Source: an uncultured Candidatus Entotheonella sp. (lineage in GTDB: Bacteria > Tectomicrobia > Entotheonellia > Entotheonellales > Entotheonellaceae). From it: a DNA stretch of 64,000 nucleotides. How positions within the stretch are numbered: position 1 is the first letter of the stretch; every line of letters begins with the position of its first letter. Both the position numbers and the translations under genes were made by a program. The stretch is from assembly GCA_965217185.1 (NCBI GenBank), contig OZ244252.1, forward strand, positions 1,824,001-1,888,000. The letters run 5' to 3'. This document shows positions 28,583 to 39,368 of the stretch, piece after piece. Below the pieces are notes generated by a model. It searched no databases and was not told the DNA's origin. It saw only the letters and a list, made by a program, of their open reading frames with translations.

Positions 28583-29161
28583 ATGGCATCTCCGGAAGCA
28601 CCGCCTGGAAAATCCGGTTCGTGGAACGTCACCCTGCTGTGGCTCACGCCGCTCCTCGCACTGGTGGTCATTCTGGCATACGGCTGGTGGACCCGCCCGG
28701 CTCCTGAACCCGACCTCGGACCGCGCGTCGGGCAGCCGCTGGCGGATTTCAACCTGCCGGACATGAACGGCAAGCCGGTGCAACTCGCCGCCCTGCGCGG
28801 CAAGGTCGTGTTCATCAACGTCTGGACGACCTGGTGCCCGCCCTGCATCGAGGAGATGCCGACCATCCAGCGTCTCTACGAGGAAATGCACCCGAAGGGC
28901 CTTGTCGTCCTGGCGATCAACATGGACGCCCTCGGCAGGCAAACCGTTGAGCCGTTCCTCGACAAACGACGCCTCACCTTCCCGGTCCTGCTCGATCCCG
29001 AAAGTCAAACCGAGCGCCTGTACCGAACCGCCGGCGTGCCGGAGAGCTTCATTGTAGACAAAACGGGCCTACTGGTCGAAAAAATCGTCGGCCCGCGGGA
29101 CTGGGCTCATCCGGAGATCATCGCCCTGTTCGAGCGCCTACTGGCGACGCCGCACGGCTAG
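28583..29161 (+). CDS. TlpA-family thiol-disulfide oxidoreductase
   Basis: TM anchor, NVWTTWCPPC and GVPESFIVD. Confidence 0.9.
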   Translation: MASPEAPPGKSGSWNVTLLWLTPLLALVVILAYGWWTRPAPEPDLGPRVGQPLADFNLPDMNGKPVQLAALRGKVVFINVWTTWCPPCIEEMPTIQRLYEEMHPKGLVVLAINMDALGRQTVEPFLDKRRLTFPVLLDPESQTERLYRTAGVPESFIVDKTGLLVEKIVGPRDWAHPEIIALFERLLATPHG

Positions 29162-29176
29162 GCATTGCCCGGTGAC

Positions 29177-29701
29177 TTACTGAGACCTCGCGTGATTGAC
29201 GAGATGCTGATGGGAGAATAGGAAGTCCTGATGCTTCAGCGGGGTGTGACACACGACGCACGGGAGTTCGTTGGCTTTTGGCTGACCGTCAGGACCGTAG
29301 AACGCGAAGCCCCAATTGCCCACCCGGTTCTCCGTCGGATAGGCGGCATCCCAATTATCCCGCCTTTCCGCGACGGCAATCGCGGCAAGCTGATCAATGA
29401 CGTAGACCCCGTCGTCGCCCACCATGGCCTTGCCATCGGCATCTTTCTTGGGCTTGTAGACCTCCATGACAAGAATAGAGCCCGAAGCCGCCGTCTTGCC
29501 TGTCTTGTAGCTCGAAATGGCCACGTCATTGGCATACATCTTGGCCACCAGTTCCTTGCCCACGCGGTTCAGAGTCACATAGTTCGTAAAGGACGTGTCG
29601 TAGCCCTCAGGGAAGGCAACGTAATCGGGATCCCCGCCCGCGTACACGCAGACAGCGGACAGGATACACACCAGGGCAACAGCAATCTTGGGGTACGTCA
29701 T
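29177..29701 (-). CDS. Cytochrome P460 family protein
   Basis: Signal peptide, YAND.A, GSILVME, GNWGFA, and a C-terminal CVVCH followed by DFLF. Confidence 0.8.
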   Translation of the reverse strand: MTYPKIAVALVCILSAVCVYAGGDPDYVAFPEGYDTSFTNYVTLNRVGKELVAKMYANDVAISSYKTGKTAASGSILVMEVYKPKKDADGKAMVGDDGVYVIDQLAAIAVAERRDNWDAAYPTENRVGNWGFAFYGPDGQPKANELPCVVCHTPLKHQDFLFSHQHLVNHARSQ

Positions 29702-29776
29702 GAGGCTTTCTCCTCTCAGGTCACGTAAAGGATGAACACAACCGGTCTCCGGGTCCAACAAGCGCGTTGGGTCCAA

Positions 29777-29799
29777 AACATGCAGAACAGTTACATGTT
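29777..29799. promoter_or_regulatory. Putative NsrR operator (11-1-11)
   Basis: AACATGCAGAA-C-AGTTACATGTT with symmetric ends, between the divergent P460 and Rrf2 genes. Confidence 0.55.
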
Positions 29800-29858
29800 T
29801 AGGATAATCGTGTCAACCGGAAGGTGGGTGTCAGAGGGTAAGGGAGAGAGAGCAGAAC

Positions 29859-30317
29859 ATGCAACTGACAAATTACACCGAATACGCGCTGCGCGTGCTG
29901 ATCTACAGCGCCCTTCACGACCGCCGCGCCACCATCCAGGAAATGAGCTGCGCCTACGGCATTTCGAAAAACCATCTCATGAAGGTTGTACACCAGTTGT
30001 CACAGCACGGCTGGATTGTCGCTACAAGGGGGCGGGGCGGCGGCATCCGGCTGGCTCGGCCACCGGAGGCGATTTCTCTGGGAGCGGTGGTGCGCGACAT
30101 GGAACCCCACTTTCACATCGCGGGATGCTTTAACGAAGCCACCAATCAATGCCCCATCACACCGGCATGCGGCCTGACTGGGGTGTTGCACGAGGCACTG
30201 GAAGCTTTTTTGGCGGCTCTGGATCAGTGTTCCCTGGCTGACGTCACCCGGCGGAAGTCTGCCCTGATACAGTTATTGACCTCTCCCACTACTCTGCGAG
30301 CACAATCTCAAGCGTAA
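29859..30317 (+). CDS. nsrR: Rrf2-family regulator, NsrR-like
   Basis: MQLTNYTEYALRVL, ISKNHLMKVV, RGRGGG and three C-terminal Cys. Confidence 0.8.
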   Translation: MQLTNYTEYALRVLIYSALHDRRATIQEMSCAYGISKNHLMKVVHQLSQHGWIVATRGRGGGIRLARPPEAISLGAVVRDMEPHFHIAGCFNEATNQCPITPACGLTGVLHEALEAFLAALDQCSLADVTRRKSALIQLLTSPTTLRAQSQA

Positions 30318-30973
30318 GCCCCGGTCCGGTGCCGGACGATCTCGCCCTCGACGGTATAAATCACATCCTCAGCTACGTTGGTCGCCAAGTCGCCGATGCG
30401 CTCCAGATGGCGGGCCACCGACAGCGTGTGCACCAAGCGCTCCACGTCGTCCGGGTTCGAGCGAATCTGATCCTGGATTTCCCGATGGATTTCGCGATTA
30501 TGGCGGTCCACTGCTCGGTCGTTGGCGCACACTTGGCGGGCCAGGGTGGTGTCGTCCTGCACCAGGGCGTCCAGGCTATGCCGCACCATCAACTCGACCT
30601 CGCGTGCCATGGCCGCCAGGCTTGAGGGTAGCGTCTGGCGCGGATACTGGGACAGATACTCGGCACGCCGCGCGATATTGACCGCCTTGTCCGCCATACG
30701 TTCCAGGTCGTTGTTGATCTTCAGGACGGCGACGACAAACCGCAAGTCAACTGCTACCGGCTGATACAACGCCAGCAGCTTCAGGCAGTCCTCCTCCACC
30801 TCGACTTCCATCTGATCCACGTCGTTGTCCCCTTCGACGACCTCGAGCGCCAGCGCCGCATCGTTCTTCACCACCGAGTCGATGGCTTTGGCGATTCGCT
30901 CCTCCACCATGGCGCTCAACCCCAAGAGCTTCTGCTTGAGCCCTTCGATTTCTCGCAGGAAGTGCTGTGACAT
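30308..30973 (-). CDS. phoU: Phosphate signalling protein PhoU
   Basis: QPVAVDLR, DLERMAD and HLERIGDLATNVAE motifs. Confidence 0.95.
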   Translation of the reverse strand: MSQHFLREIEGLKQKLLGLSAMVEERIAKAIDSVVKNDAALALEVVEGDNDVDQMEVEVEEDCLKLLALYQPVAVDLRFVVAVLKINNDLERMADKAVNIARRAEYLSQYPRQTLPSSLAAMAREVELMVRHSLDALVQDDTTLARQVCANDRAVDRHNREIHREIQDQIRSNPDDVERLVHTLSVARHLERIGDLATNVAEDVIYTVEGEIVRHRTGAYA

Positions 30974-31003
30974 GGAACCCTCCTTTCCCTCTCTGGACGG
31001 CGG

Positions 31004-31819
31004 CTACCCGAAACGGCCCGTAATGTAATCTTGGGTTTGCTTCTTGACAGGGGACCTGAAAATGTTCGCCGTCTCGCCGAACTCGACCAACTCCCCGAGG
31101 TACATGAAGGCCGTGTAATCCGACACCCGCGACGCCTGCTGCATGTTGTGCGTCACGATCAACACCGTGTAGTCCTGCTTCAATTCGTGGATCAGGTCCT
31201 CGACACGTCCGGTGGCGATAGGGTCCAACGCCGAGCACGGCTCGTCCATGAGAATCACGTCTGGATTCACCGCGATGGCGCGCGCGATGCACATCCGCTG
31301 CATCTGGCCGCCGGAAAGCTGCAACGCCGATTCCTTCAGCCGGTCCTTCACCTCGTCCCACAACGCCGCACCGCGCAGGCTGTGCTCGACCGTCTCGTCA
31401 AGCTGCGCCTTGTTGGACACCCCGGCGATACGCAGGCCGTAGATGACGTTTTCGTAAATCGACTTGGGAAACGGGTTGTACTTCTGGAACACCATGCCGA
31501 CCCGCCGCCGTAGATAAATGACGTCCAACGTCGGCACATTGACGTTCTCACCGTCCAGCTCGATGACACCGTCCACCCGTACGTTCTCCACCAAGTCATT
31601 CATGCGGTTGAAGCACCGTAGCAGCGTGGATTTGCCGCAACCCGACGGCCCGATGAACGCCGTCACCTGATTGCGCGGTACCAGCATGCTGACGTCCTTC
31701 AACGCCATGACGCTGCCATAGTAGAAATGGAGGTTTTCCACCCTGATGATCGGATCGAGGATTTTGACCTCTTCCGTCATGGTATCCGGCGCTTCCAACG
31801 GTTGGTCTGGCAGTGCCAT
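31004..31819 (-). CDS. pstB: Phosphate ABC transporter ATPase
   Basis: [25 protein letters not shown] and YITGRFG. Confidence 0.96.
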   Translation of the reverse strand: MALPDQPLEAPDTMTEEVKILDPIIRVENLHFYYGSVMALKDVSMLVPRNQVTAFIGPSGCGKSTLLRCFNRMNDLVENVRVDGVIELDGENVNVPTLDVIYLRRRVGMVFQKYNPFPKSIYENVIYGLRIAGVSNKAQLDETVEHSLRGAALWDEVKDRLKESALQLSGGQMQRMCIARAIAVNPDVILMDEPCSALDPIATGRVEDLIHELKQDYTVLIVTHNMQQASRVSDYTAFMYLGELVEFGETANIFRSPVKKQTQDYITGRFG

Positions 31820-31836
31820 ACGATGTCCTTTCCTGG

Positions 31837-33504
31837 TTAAAACACCCCGGTGGCGTATTTGCGCCGCAGCCGGTCGCGAATCCAGATGGCCCCGACATTC
31901 AGCACCATGACGAGGGCAATGAGTAGCAGGGTGGTGGCAAACACCATCGGTTTCGCCGCCTCGGAATCGGGCGACTGAAAGCCGAGATCGAAAATATGAA
32001 ACCCAAGATGCATGAATTTACGATCAAGGTGAACAAAGGGGAAAATACCGTCGACCGGCAGCGTCGGCGCCAGCTTCACGACACCCACCAGCATCAACGG
32101 CGCCACTTCGCCGGCACCCCGCGCCATCGCCAGGATCAGCCCGGTGAGAATGCCGGGAGCAGAAGCCGGGAGCACGATGCGCTGCATGGTCTGCCATTTC
32201 GAGGCGCCGCAGGCCAGCGAGCCCTCGCGCATGCCGCGCGGCACCGCGGTCAGAGCCTCTTCAGTGGCTACGATCACCACCGGCACGGTCATCAGCGCCA
32301 GGGTCAGCGACGCCCAGATCACGCCGCCGGTGCCGAAGGTCGGGGTCGGCAGCGCGTTATGGAAAAACAATTCGTCAATGCTGCCGCCGACAAAATACAC
32401 AAAGAAACCGAGCCCGAACACCCCGAAGACGATGGACGGTACCCCCGCGAGGTTGTTCACCGCGATGCGCACGGTACGCACAATGATGCCCTGCTTGGCA
32501 TACTCGCGCAGGTACATGGCCGCCAGCACGCCGAACGGCGTCACCGCCATGCTCATCAACACGGTCATGACAAAGGTGCCGAAGATGGCCGGAAAGACGC
32601 CGCCCTCGGTGTTCGCCTCACGGGGCTCCTGGATCAGAAAGGCCCACGCGTTATGCGCGGACAGCCCAAGGCGGCTCCAGAAGTCGAGCTGGTTGGGAAA
32701 GTGATAGTCAACAACCTGTCCGAGCGGCAGAACGACTTCATCGCCGGTCGGGATACGGTAGACAATCTGGTTCTCGTCCTGCTGGCGACGCAATTCCCGC
32801 GCCTCGCCGGCGAGATTTTCGTAGCGCGCCTGCAAGGGCGCCATGGCCTCCTCAATCGCCAGGTAAGCCGCATCGCCGGGCGGCGTGCCCTCACGATCCA
32901 AGACGCGCTGTTGCAGCCGCAGCCGCGTCATCCTGGCGTTGATGGCACCGATGGCGCTGTTTTCGAGGTGCTTGATCTCACGCCGCCGCGCCGCCACCTC
33001 ATCCACCAGGTCATCGAGGCGACCGGCAAACTCCGGATTATCGGCCGTCAGTTCGCTATCCCCCTGAATCCGCAGCGCGATGGGCTCGCCAATGGCGTCG
33101 CCGTATTCCAGGCGCTCGATGCTGATCACTTGTTCGGGGAAGCGTTGCGCCACGATATCGTCGGCATCGACGTATCGGAAGCTGAGCCCGTAACGCTCCT
33201 TGTTGCCCACAAACAACTGCCATTCCACCTGCCGAGGCTGCGACGCGGCTCGCGCCATCTTGTATTGCCGTTTTACCACCTCGCCAGCCAGAATCGGCGC
33301 CTCGCCAAGCCGCGCCTGGCTCTCGCCGGCCAACTCAAGGTAAACGACGCGCTTGGGCCAGAACGCCGTGACGCCGTTGATCAAGATGAGGGCCAACAGC
33401 GACACCACCATGAGCAGGCCGACGGTGAGACCCATCGCCGTGATCCAAACCATCGGCTCGCCTGACCGGCCGGCTCGACGCCTTGAAGACTCCTGTGACC
33501 GCAT
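31837..33504 (-). CDS. pstA: Phosphate ABC permease, long form
   Basis: [17 protein letters not shown] and [11 protein letters not shown]. Confidence 0.93.
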   Translation of the reverse strand: MRSQESSRRRAGRSGEPMVWITAMGLTVGLLMVVSLLALILINGVTAFWPKRVVYLELAGESQARLGEAPILAGEVVKRQYKMARAASQPRQVEWQLFVGNKERYGLSFRYVDADDIVAQRFPEQVISIERLEYGDAIGEPIALRIQGDSELTADNPEFAGRLDDLVDEVAARRREIKHLENSAIGAINARMTRLRLQQRVLDREGTPPGDAAYLAIEEAMAPLQARYENLAGEARELRRQQDENQIVYRIPTGDEVVLPLGQVVDYHFPNQLDFWSRLGLSAHNAWAFLIQEPREANTEGGVFPAIFGTFVMTVLMSMAVTPFGVLAAMYLREYAKQGIIVRTVRIAVNNLAGVPSIVFGVFGLGFFVYFVGGSIDELFFHNALPTPTFGTGGVIWASLTLALMTVPVVIVATEEALTAVPRGMREGSLACGASKWQTMQRIVLPASAPGILTGLILAMARGAGEVAPLMLVGVVKLAPTLPVDGIFPFVHLDRKFMHLGFHIFDLGFQSPDSEAAKPMVFATTLLLIALVMVLNVGAIWIRDRLRRKYATGVF

Positions 33505-33522
33505 GATGCACGCCTTCCGTTT

Positions 33523-35838
33523 TTAAACGGTCCGGTACTTTTCGCGCAGATGCTGACGCAGCAACTCCGCCAGGGTATTGATCAGGAACGTCAGCAGGAA
33601 AAGGAGCATGGCGCCCAAAAAGAGGGTTCGGTACAGCGTGCCGAACTGCGGCGCCTCGGGCAGTTCCACGGCGATGTTGGCCGACAGCGTGCGCATGCCG
33701 GAAAAGATGTTCCAGTCGACAATCGGCGTGTTGCCGGTGGCCATGAGCACGATCATCGTCTCGCCCACGGCGCGCCCCAGGCCGATCATCATCGCTGAGA
33801 AGATGCCCGCCGAGGCGGTCGGCAGCACGATGCGAGTGGCCGTCTGCCAACGGTTGGCGCCCAGGGCCAGCGAGCCGGCCTTCAACTCGGCAGGCACGTT
33901 CGACAGCGCATCCTCGGCAATCGTGAAGATAATAGGAATGACCGCGAAGCCCATGATGAAGCCGACCACCAGCGAGTTGCGCTGCTCGAAGCTCAGCCCC
34001 GTTGTCCGCACCCACCACAGGCGGAAATCGGCAATCCGATCTCCCGTCGCGGCGTCGGTGACCACAAACAACAGGCGCTCCACCACCGGCCCCAGCATCC
34101 AGGCAACGTAGGCAGCCACCGCCAGGAGCGGAAACACCGCCACGAACTCGTACCCCGGCTTCACGTAGCGGCTGGTCACGTTGCCGGGTATCGACGACCA
34201 CACGTAGCCCATGAGCAGGGCCACGGCCGGCACCAGCATGACAGCCAGCACGAACGACACAACCTTGGTTTCCAGGATCGGCGCCAGCCACAGGGCGGCC
34301 AGAAAACCCAGGATGACTGACGGCAGCGAGGCCATGATCTCCATCGTCGGTTTGACGACGGTGCGCAGATTGGGGTACAGGAATTGCGAGGTGTACATGG
34401 CGGCCAGCAGCGCCAGCGGCACGGCGAAGATCATCGCATAAAAGGTGCCCTTCAGGGTGCCGAACACAAGCGGCATCATCGACAGCTTGGGCTCGAAATC
34501 GTCCGTCGCGCCGGTGGACTGCCAAGTGAAGGCGGGTTCCTGCCCGCCCTCGTACCATACCCTTCCGAACAGGGCCGTCCCACCGGCCTCCGGGTGCGGG
34601 TCGCTCAGCTTGTAGACATGCAGGTCACCGCCTGTGTCGAGTGCGATAACGTGATCGTACTTGCCGCTCAGCCGCGCCAGGCTGGCCTCGAACGGCAGGT
34701 CCATTTCAACCCGGGTGCTGGCCGTGGTGCTGAACCGCAAGCCCAGCCACGAGGGCGTGCCGATCAGGAAGGCTTTGTTGCGAATGCTCGGGGCGTAGAA
34801 CGTCGGCGCTCCGGGGAGCGGCGCCAGGGTCTTGGTCTGGCCAAAGATGCGTGTGTTACCGTCCGGCGGCACGAACAGGCTGAAGATGCGGTTTTCGCCC
34901 TCGGGGTTGGTGAACACCATGGACACACCGCCAAAGACGAATTCCATGGAAGCGATGCCGGATTGTTCAAGGTCTTGAAACGGGTTGAAGACTTGTCTGA
35001 GAACAACCTGCTCCACGTCTTCGCCAGCTTCGAGATAGAAATAAAAGACTTGGCCGGCAGCCGTAGCCACCACCACGCCGTTCGCCGTCTGTGGCGTCAC
35101 GCCAATCATCTGCGGCGTACCCGACAGCAACGGCGTCAGATCATAGGTCGCTTTGAGGACGGTTTCGCCGGTACCCAGCAACGTTTGCTTCTGCTCCAGC
35201 AAAGCGGCGTGAACCTGTAGGGTGCCGTCAACGTCCTGCAACGCGGCGACAAGTTTCTGCGCCCCCGAATCTCCGTAGGCCACTTGGGTAATCGGCGCGC
35301 CCGGCTGGCCCAGCGCCAGGAAAGGCCCGGCCTCGGGCTGTGCCACGATGGTGCGGGTGTCGCCGTCGTACACCGGCTCGTAGTTCACGTCGACAAGGGC
35401 GAACTCCCCCTGCGTGGTGGCAAACACGACACGTTGGGCTTGTTGGTCGTAAGCGTATGCGGAGAAGGTGCGTTCTTCCTGGAAGGCCGGATTGACTTGG
35501 AAAGTACCTCGTTCACCCACGAGGTCGACGAAGGAAAGCATGCCGTCTTCGGTGACGAGCATGGGCAGCGCCGTCCACTCGTCAACGCCCAGCACCTGGG
35601 CGTTCGATACACCGGTCGGCACCGTGCGCAACGGCTGGATGCTGGCGCCCTGGAAAAGCGGCAGGATCTGCGACAGGATGAACACGAAAATGCCGAGGAC
35701 GGCAATGATGACCCCTAGCCCGCCGATGGTAATGAACCACGTCATGCACCGATCGATCAACAGGGTCGATCTCGCCGTTCCGAACTGCCCTTTCGATCCT
35801 ACCCGGGGCTCCACCGGCGCCACTGCCATGGCATGCAC
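33523..35838 (-). CDS. pstC: Phosphate ABC permease, long form
   Basis: KPTMEIMASLPSVILG and GRAVGETMIV; large periplasmic domain. Confidence 0.92.
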   Translation of the reverse strand: MHAMAVAPVEPRVGSKGQFGTARSTLLIDRCMTWFITIGGLGVIIAVLGIFVFILSQILPLFQGASIQPLRTVPTGVSNAQVLGVDEWTALPMLVTEDGMLSFVDLVGERGTFQVNPAFQEERTFSAYAYDQQAQRVVFATTQGEFALVDVNYEPVYDGDTRTIVAQPEAGPFLALGQPGAPITQVAYGDSGAQKLVAALQDVDGTLQVHAALLEQKQTLLGTGETVLKATYDLTPLLSGTPQMIGVTPQTANGVVVATAAGQVFYFYLEAGEDVEQVVLRQVFNPFQDLEQSGIASMEFVFGGVSMVFTNPEGENRIFSLFVPPDGNTRIFGQTKTLAPLPGAPTFYAPSIRNKAFLIGTPSWLGLRFSTTASTRVEMDLPFEASLARLSGKYDHVIALDTGGDLHVYKLSDPHPEAGGTALFGRVWYEGGQEPAFTWQSTGATDDFEPKLSMMPLVFGTLKGTFYAMIFAVPLALLAAMYTSQFLYPNLRTVVKPTMEIMASLPSVILGFLAALWLAPILETKVVSFVLAVMLVPAVALLMGYVWSSIPGNVTSRYVKPGYEFVAVFPLLAVAAYVAWMLGPVVERLLFVVTDAATGDRIADFRLWWVRTTGLSFEQRNSLVVGFIMGFAVIPIIFTIAEDALSNVPAELKAGSLALGANRWQTATRIVLPTASAGIFSAMMIGLGRAVGETMIVLMATGNTPIVDWNIFSGMRTLSANIAVELPEAPQFGTLYRTLFLGAMLLFLLTFLINTLAELLRQHLREKYRTV

Positions 35839-35853
35839 TCCTCAAGAGTAGGA

Positions 35854-35887
35854 AAGGCAGGAAGAGAGAGGAGTCTCCTCCTGCCTT
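35854..35887 (-). terminator. Stem-loop between pstS and pstC
   Basis: AAGGCAGGA...TCCTGCCTT inverted repeat; function as terminator or mRNA stabiliser is inferred. Confidence 0.4.
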
Positions 35888-35920
35888 CCGTAACAATCCG
35901 ATGGCTGAGGTCTCCGAAGG

Positions 35921-36904
35921 TTACTGGAGTATCGTCATCGTGTCAGCGGACACCACGGCCGGCAGAGGGAAGTAGCCGTCTTTTACAACGATCTCCTGAC
36001 CCGCCTTCGAGTTGATGAAATTCAGGAACTCATAGGTCAGCTTGTCCAGCTCGGCGCCGGGCTTCTTGTTGACGTAAATATACAGGAAACGCGCCAGGGG
36101 GTAATCGCCGCTGAGGCAGTTTTGCAGGGTCGGCTCGTACATCGGGCCTTGATCGGCCAGCGGCAGCGCACGCACGCTGGAGGTCTTGTAGCCAATACCG
36201 GAGTAGCCAACACTGCCCAGATCGCTGGCCACGCCCTGCACCACCGAGGAAGAGCCGGGCTGTTCTTTCACGGTGTCCTTGTAATCGCCCTTCTTCAGCG
36301 CCACGCTCTTGAAAAAGCCATAGGTGCCGGAGGCGCTGTTACGACCGTACAGGGAAACCGGCCGTGCCGCCCAATCGTCGGTCAGGCCGGCGTCACCCCA
36401 GACCGCGAGGTCGGTGCCGCCGCGCTTGTAGGTGCTGGAGAAAATGCTGTCGACCTGCTGCAGGGTCAGACCTTCCACCGGGTTGTCCTTGTGCACGAAC
36501 ACCGCCAGGGCGTCGATGGCCACCCTCACCGGCGTCGGCTTGTAGCCGAATTCCTGCTCAAACTTGTCGAGCTCGGAGGACTTCATCTGGCGGCTCATGG
36601 GGCCCATCTGCGCGGTGCCTTCGATCAGCGCCGGCGGGGCGGTGGAGGAGCCCTTGCCTTCGATCTGGATGTTCACGTTCGGATAAATGGCCCGGAAGGC
36701 CTCGGCCCACAGGGTCATGAGGTTGTTCAGCGTGTCGGAGCCGATGCTGTTGAGATTGCCGGAAACGCCGCTGGTGCGCTCGTACTGGGACAGACCGGCG
36801 TCCACTTCCACCTGCGCCGGAGCCGTCATCGCCACACCGAGCACCAGCCCGCCGGCGAGCAGGAGGGAGACAAAACGCCTCGCAAGAACCGTCTTCACAG
36901 TCAT
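35921..36904 (-). CDS. pstS: Phosphate-binding periplasmic protein
   Basis: [18 protein letters not shown] and [16 protein letters not shown] before ATG 36904. Confidence 0.95.
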   Translation of the reverse strand: MTVKTVLARRFVSLLLAGGLVLGVAMTAPAQVEVDAGLSQYERTSGVSGNLNSIGSDTLNNLMTLWAEAFRAIYPNVNIQIEGKGSSTAPPALIEGTAQMGPMSRQMKSSELDKFEQEFGYKPTPVRVAIDALAVFVHKDNPVEGLTLQQVDSIFSSTYKRGGTDLAVWGDAGLTDDWAARPVSLYGRNSASGTYGFFKSVALKKGDYKDTVKEQPGSSSVVQGVASDLGSVGYSGIGYKTSSVRALPLADQGPMYEPTLQNCLSGDYPLARFLYIYVNKKPGAELDKLTYEFLNFINSKAGQEIVVKDGYFPLPAVVSADTMTILQ

Positions 36905-36986
36905 TACTCCTTGTAGAGGGAGGGGGACTTCAATTGGCGCCTTGCCCATGCAAGGGCGCCGTCTTCGTACAGCATGCCTGCCCGCT

Positions 36987-37046
36987 GCAAAGATGCAGTT
37001 AGGACAGGGCGAAAATTGCGTCAGGCCGATTGGCGCGCCGCGTTAG
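36987..37046 (-). promoter_or_regulatory. Candidate Pho-box-like 11-nt periodic repeats upstream of pstS
   Basis: GCAAA(36987), GTTAG(36998), GCGAA(37009), GTCAG(37020) and GTTAG(37042) fall in an 11-nt register. Confidence 0.4.
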
Positions 37047-37107
37047 AGCATCCGTATCGAATTGCATCAGGAAGATATCCGCCAGCCCGTGCTCCCCCTC
37101 TCCCTAG

Positions 37108-38415
37108 TGTGCAAGCCGAACATCGTTTACAAAATAGACCGGGAACACGGTTTACACGGTTGACTCACGTTGATGCCACTGTCGGGCATGGGTAATCGTA
37201 TGGGTACGGTCATTCAGGACACCCAGAAGATGGAAGCTGTAGCGAATCTCCCAGCAGTCGTTGTCACAAGCAACCAGACCGATGGGTTCCTTGGCCAGCA
37301 CCGCCGAGAGATAGATCAGCCGCCCTCGCCATTTGAACTCACCCGTGCGCCGCACCCGCCGCACGGTGACACCACGGTCGTACTCAACCGCCGGCAGCTT
37401 GGCGCGATAGGGACGCCGCGAGACCTCATGCACACTGCCTGGCGTCAGGCGCCCAAGGGCTTCGTGAGAACGCTGCCAGTTGAACTCCTCGACAAAAGCG
37501 TCGAAGCGCCTCTGCTGCGCCGCAAAGCTACTGGCTGCCGGATTGATCACCGCTTCCTTGAGCGAGCGATGCATGCGTTCATGGCGACCGTTTTCGCTGG
37601 GCGTGGCCGGTCGAATGCGCTCCGGACGAATACCCAGGCGCACCCACCACTTTGAGAGTTGGCTGAGGCCACCGGCGGCCAGCGAGGCAAAGGGTGCGCC
37701 GTTGTCGGTGCGCAGGGTCTCGGGCAGGCCATACTCCCGAAACACCCACTCGAACCAGGGCTTGACGGCAGCCGTGGTCATGCGGCTCAGAGCGCGGCAC
37801 TGCAAGATAAAGCGGCTGTGATTGTCGGTGATGGTCAGGGGGTAGCAGCGTTGGCCGCCGCCGAGTCGGAAGTCGCCCTTGAAGTCAGCGCTCCAGCTCT
37901 GCGCCGGGGCGCTGCAGGTGACCAGGGCGTGCGGGTCCGGCGGCACGCGGCGGCGCTTGCGCCTTTGCCTGACCAGGCCGTTTCGCTTGAGGATGTCGGC
38001 GGCGGTGCTGTCGGCTGGCCAGGGATTGTCGGGCTCCAGAGCGCGGAGTCGATCCATGACCTTCTTGGGTCCGAAGCTCTGGTGCGCGAGCTTCATCTGC
38101 ACGATGCGCTCGGCAATCTCGGGTGCGGTGGTGTCAGGGTGTCGATGGGGTCTTCGTGAAAGGTCATGGAGTCCCTCGGGGCCACGGCTGTGATAGCGCT
38201 CAATCCACTTGTCGCCAGTGGGTCGGCTGATGCCATAGTGCATGCACAGGTCTCTCTTGGTGTAGCAACCGCTCAAGTAGTCGGCGATAAACTGAATGCG
38301 TTGGTCCATGGTACACGTCTCTTTCCAAGGCATCGGCGAATCCTCCTTCGCCCGATACCTTAAACGTAAACCATGTTCCCGGTTTAATGTGTAAAGGATG
38401 TTACCGGTTTGTACC
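37108..38415 (-). mobile_element. IS481-family insertion sequence
   Basis: Imperfect inverted ends with repeated ACCGGGAACA.GGTTTAC boxes; CTAG duplicated at 37104-37107 and 38416-38419 (the duplication could be read as up to CCCTAG). Confidence 0.88.
37152..38333 (-). CDS. IS481-family transposase
   Basis: MPWKE N-terminus with HTH; WSADFKG, RTDNG and ENGRHERMHRSLK DDE motifs. Confidence 0.93.
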   Translation of the reverse strand: MPWKETCTMDQRIQFIADYLSGCYTKRDLCMHYGISRPTGDKWIERYHSRGPEGLHDLSRRPHRHPDTTAPEIAERIVQMKLAHQSFGPKKVMDRLRALEPDNPWPADSTAADILKRNGLVRQRRKRRRVPPDPHALVTCSAPAQSWSADFKGDFRLGGGQRCYPLTITDNHSRFILQCRALSRMTTAAVKPWFEWVFREYGLPETLRTDNGAPFASLAAGGLSQLSKWWVRLGIRPERIRPATPSENGRHERMHRSLKEAVINPAASSFAAQQRRFDAFVEEFNWQRSHEALGRLTPGSVHEVSRRPYRAKLPAVEYDRGVTVRRVRRTGEFKWRGRLIYLSAVLAKEPIGLVACDNDCWEIRYSFHLLGVLNDRTHTITHARQWHQRESTV

Positions 38416-38589
38416 CTAGCCCTCCCCCACGGAGGGGGGAGGGGACCGGTGTTGGAGAATGGATTAAACATCCTCCACCACAGGCTGAGGGCCTTTTTCT
38501 CCCTCTCCCCTGGTGGGAGAGGGTTGGGGTGAGGGGGAATTCGAGGCGATACACCCCCTGCATGTGGGTCCTCTTGATCCGAAAGCGCT

Positions 38590-39285
38590 CTAGAGCGCCT
38601 TGAAGCGATAGCCGATCCCGCACGTCGTCTCGATCATCTCGCGGAACCGCCCCAGCTTGCGGCGCAGGGCCGCGACGTGCACGTCCACCGAGCGTTCGGT
38701 GACGGTGACGCTGATGTCGGTACCGCGCGCCCAATCGACAATTTGGTAACGGGTGAACACCCATCCCGGCCGCCGGGCCAGGAGTTGCAAAACGCGGAAT
38801 TCCGTCGGGGTGAGACGGATGGATTGGTTATAGACACGCACGTCGTGCTCACCCGGCGAAATGACCAGACCGCCCCGCACGATCATTTCCGCGTCGGGAA
38901 CGGGATTCGTCCGCCGGCGCCGCAGGGCTGCCTTGATGCGCGCCAGAAGTTCACGCGGGCTGAAGGGCTTGGTGAGGTAATCGTCGGCCCCAACTTCCAG
39001 ACCTGTTACGACATCGGCCTCCTCACCCCGCGCCGTCAGCATGACAATCGGAATGATGGATGTCTGCGCGTCGCCTTTCAGCGCCTCGCAGACATCCAGC
39101 CCGTCCATACCCGGCAACAACACGTCCAGAATCACCAGATCGGGTCGCAGCGAACCCACCGCAGCCAGCGCTTCCTCGCCGGAGCCGACACACGTTACGT
39201 CGTGGCCGGCCGCGGCGAGGTTGTACTGCACCAACTCCAGGAGATCGGGTTCGTCATCGACCACCAGAATATGGGCGCGATTCAT
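38590..39285 (-). CDS. phoB: OmpR/PhoB-family response regulator
   Basis: VVDDE, DVLLP, GADDYLTKPF and a winged-helix domain; located in the pst cluster. Confidence 0.8.
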   Translation of the reverse strand: MNRAHILVVDDEPDLLELVQYNLAAAGHDVTCVGSGEEALAAVGSLRPDLVILDVLLPGMDGLDVCEALKGDAQTSIIPIVMLTARGEEADVVTGLEVGADDYLTKPFSPRELLARIKAALRRRRTNPVPDAEMIVRGGLVISPGEHDVRVYNQSIRLTPTEFRVLQLLARRPGWVFTRYQIVDWARGTDISVTVTERSVDVHVAALRRKLGRFREMIETTCGIGYRFKAL

Positions 39286-39368
39286 CGCCTTCCCCCCTTT
39301 CGGGGCCACTACGCGATGCGCCGCTCGCACGGCTGCTGGAGGGCTTGCATTGAGCGACATGACTCCGC

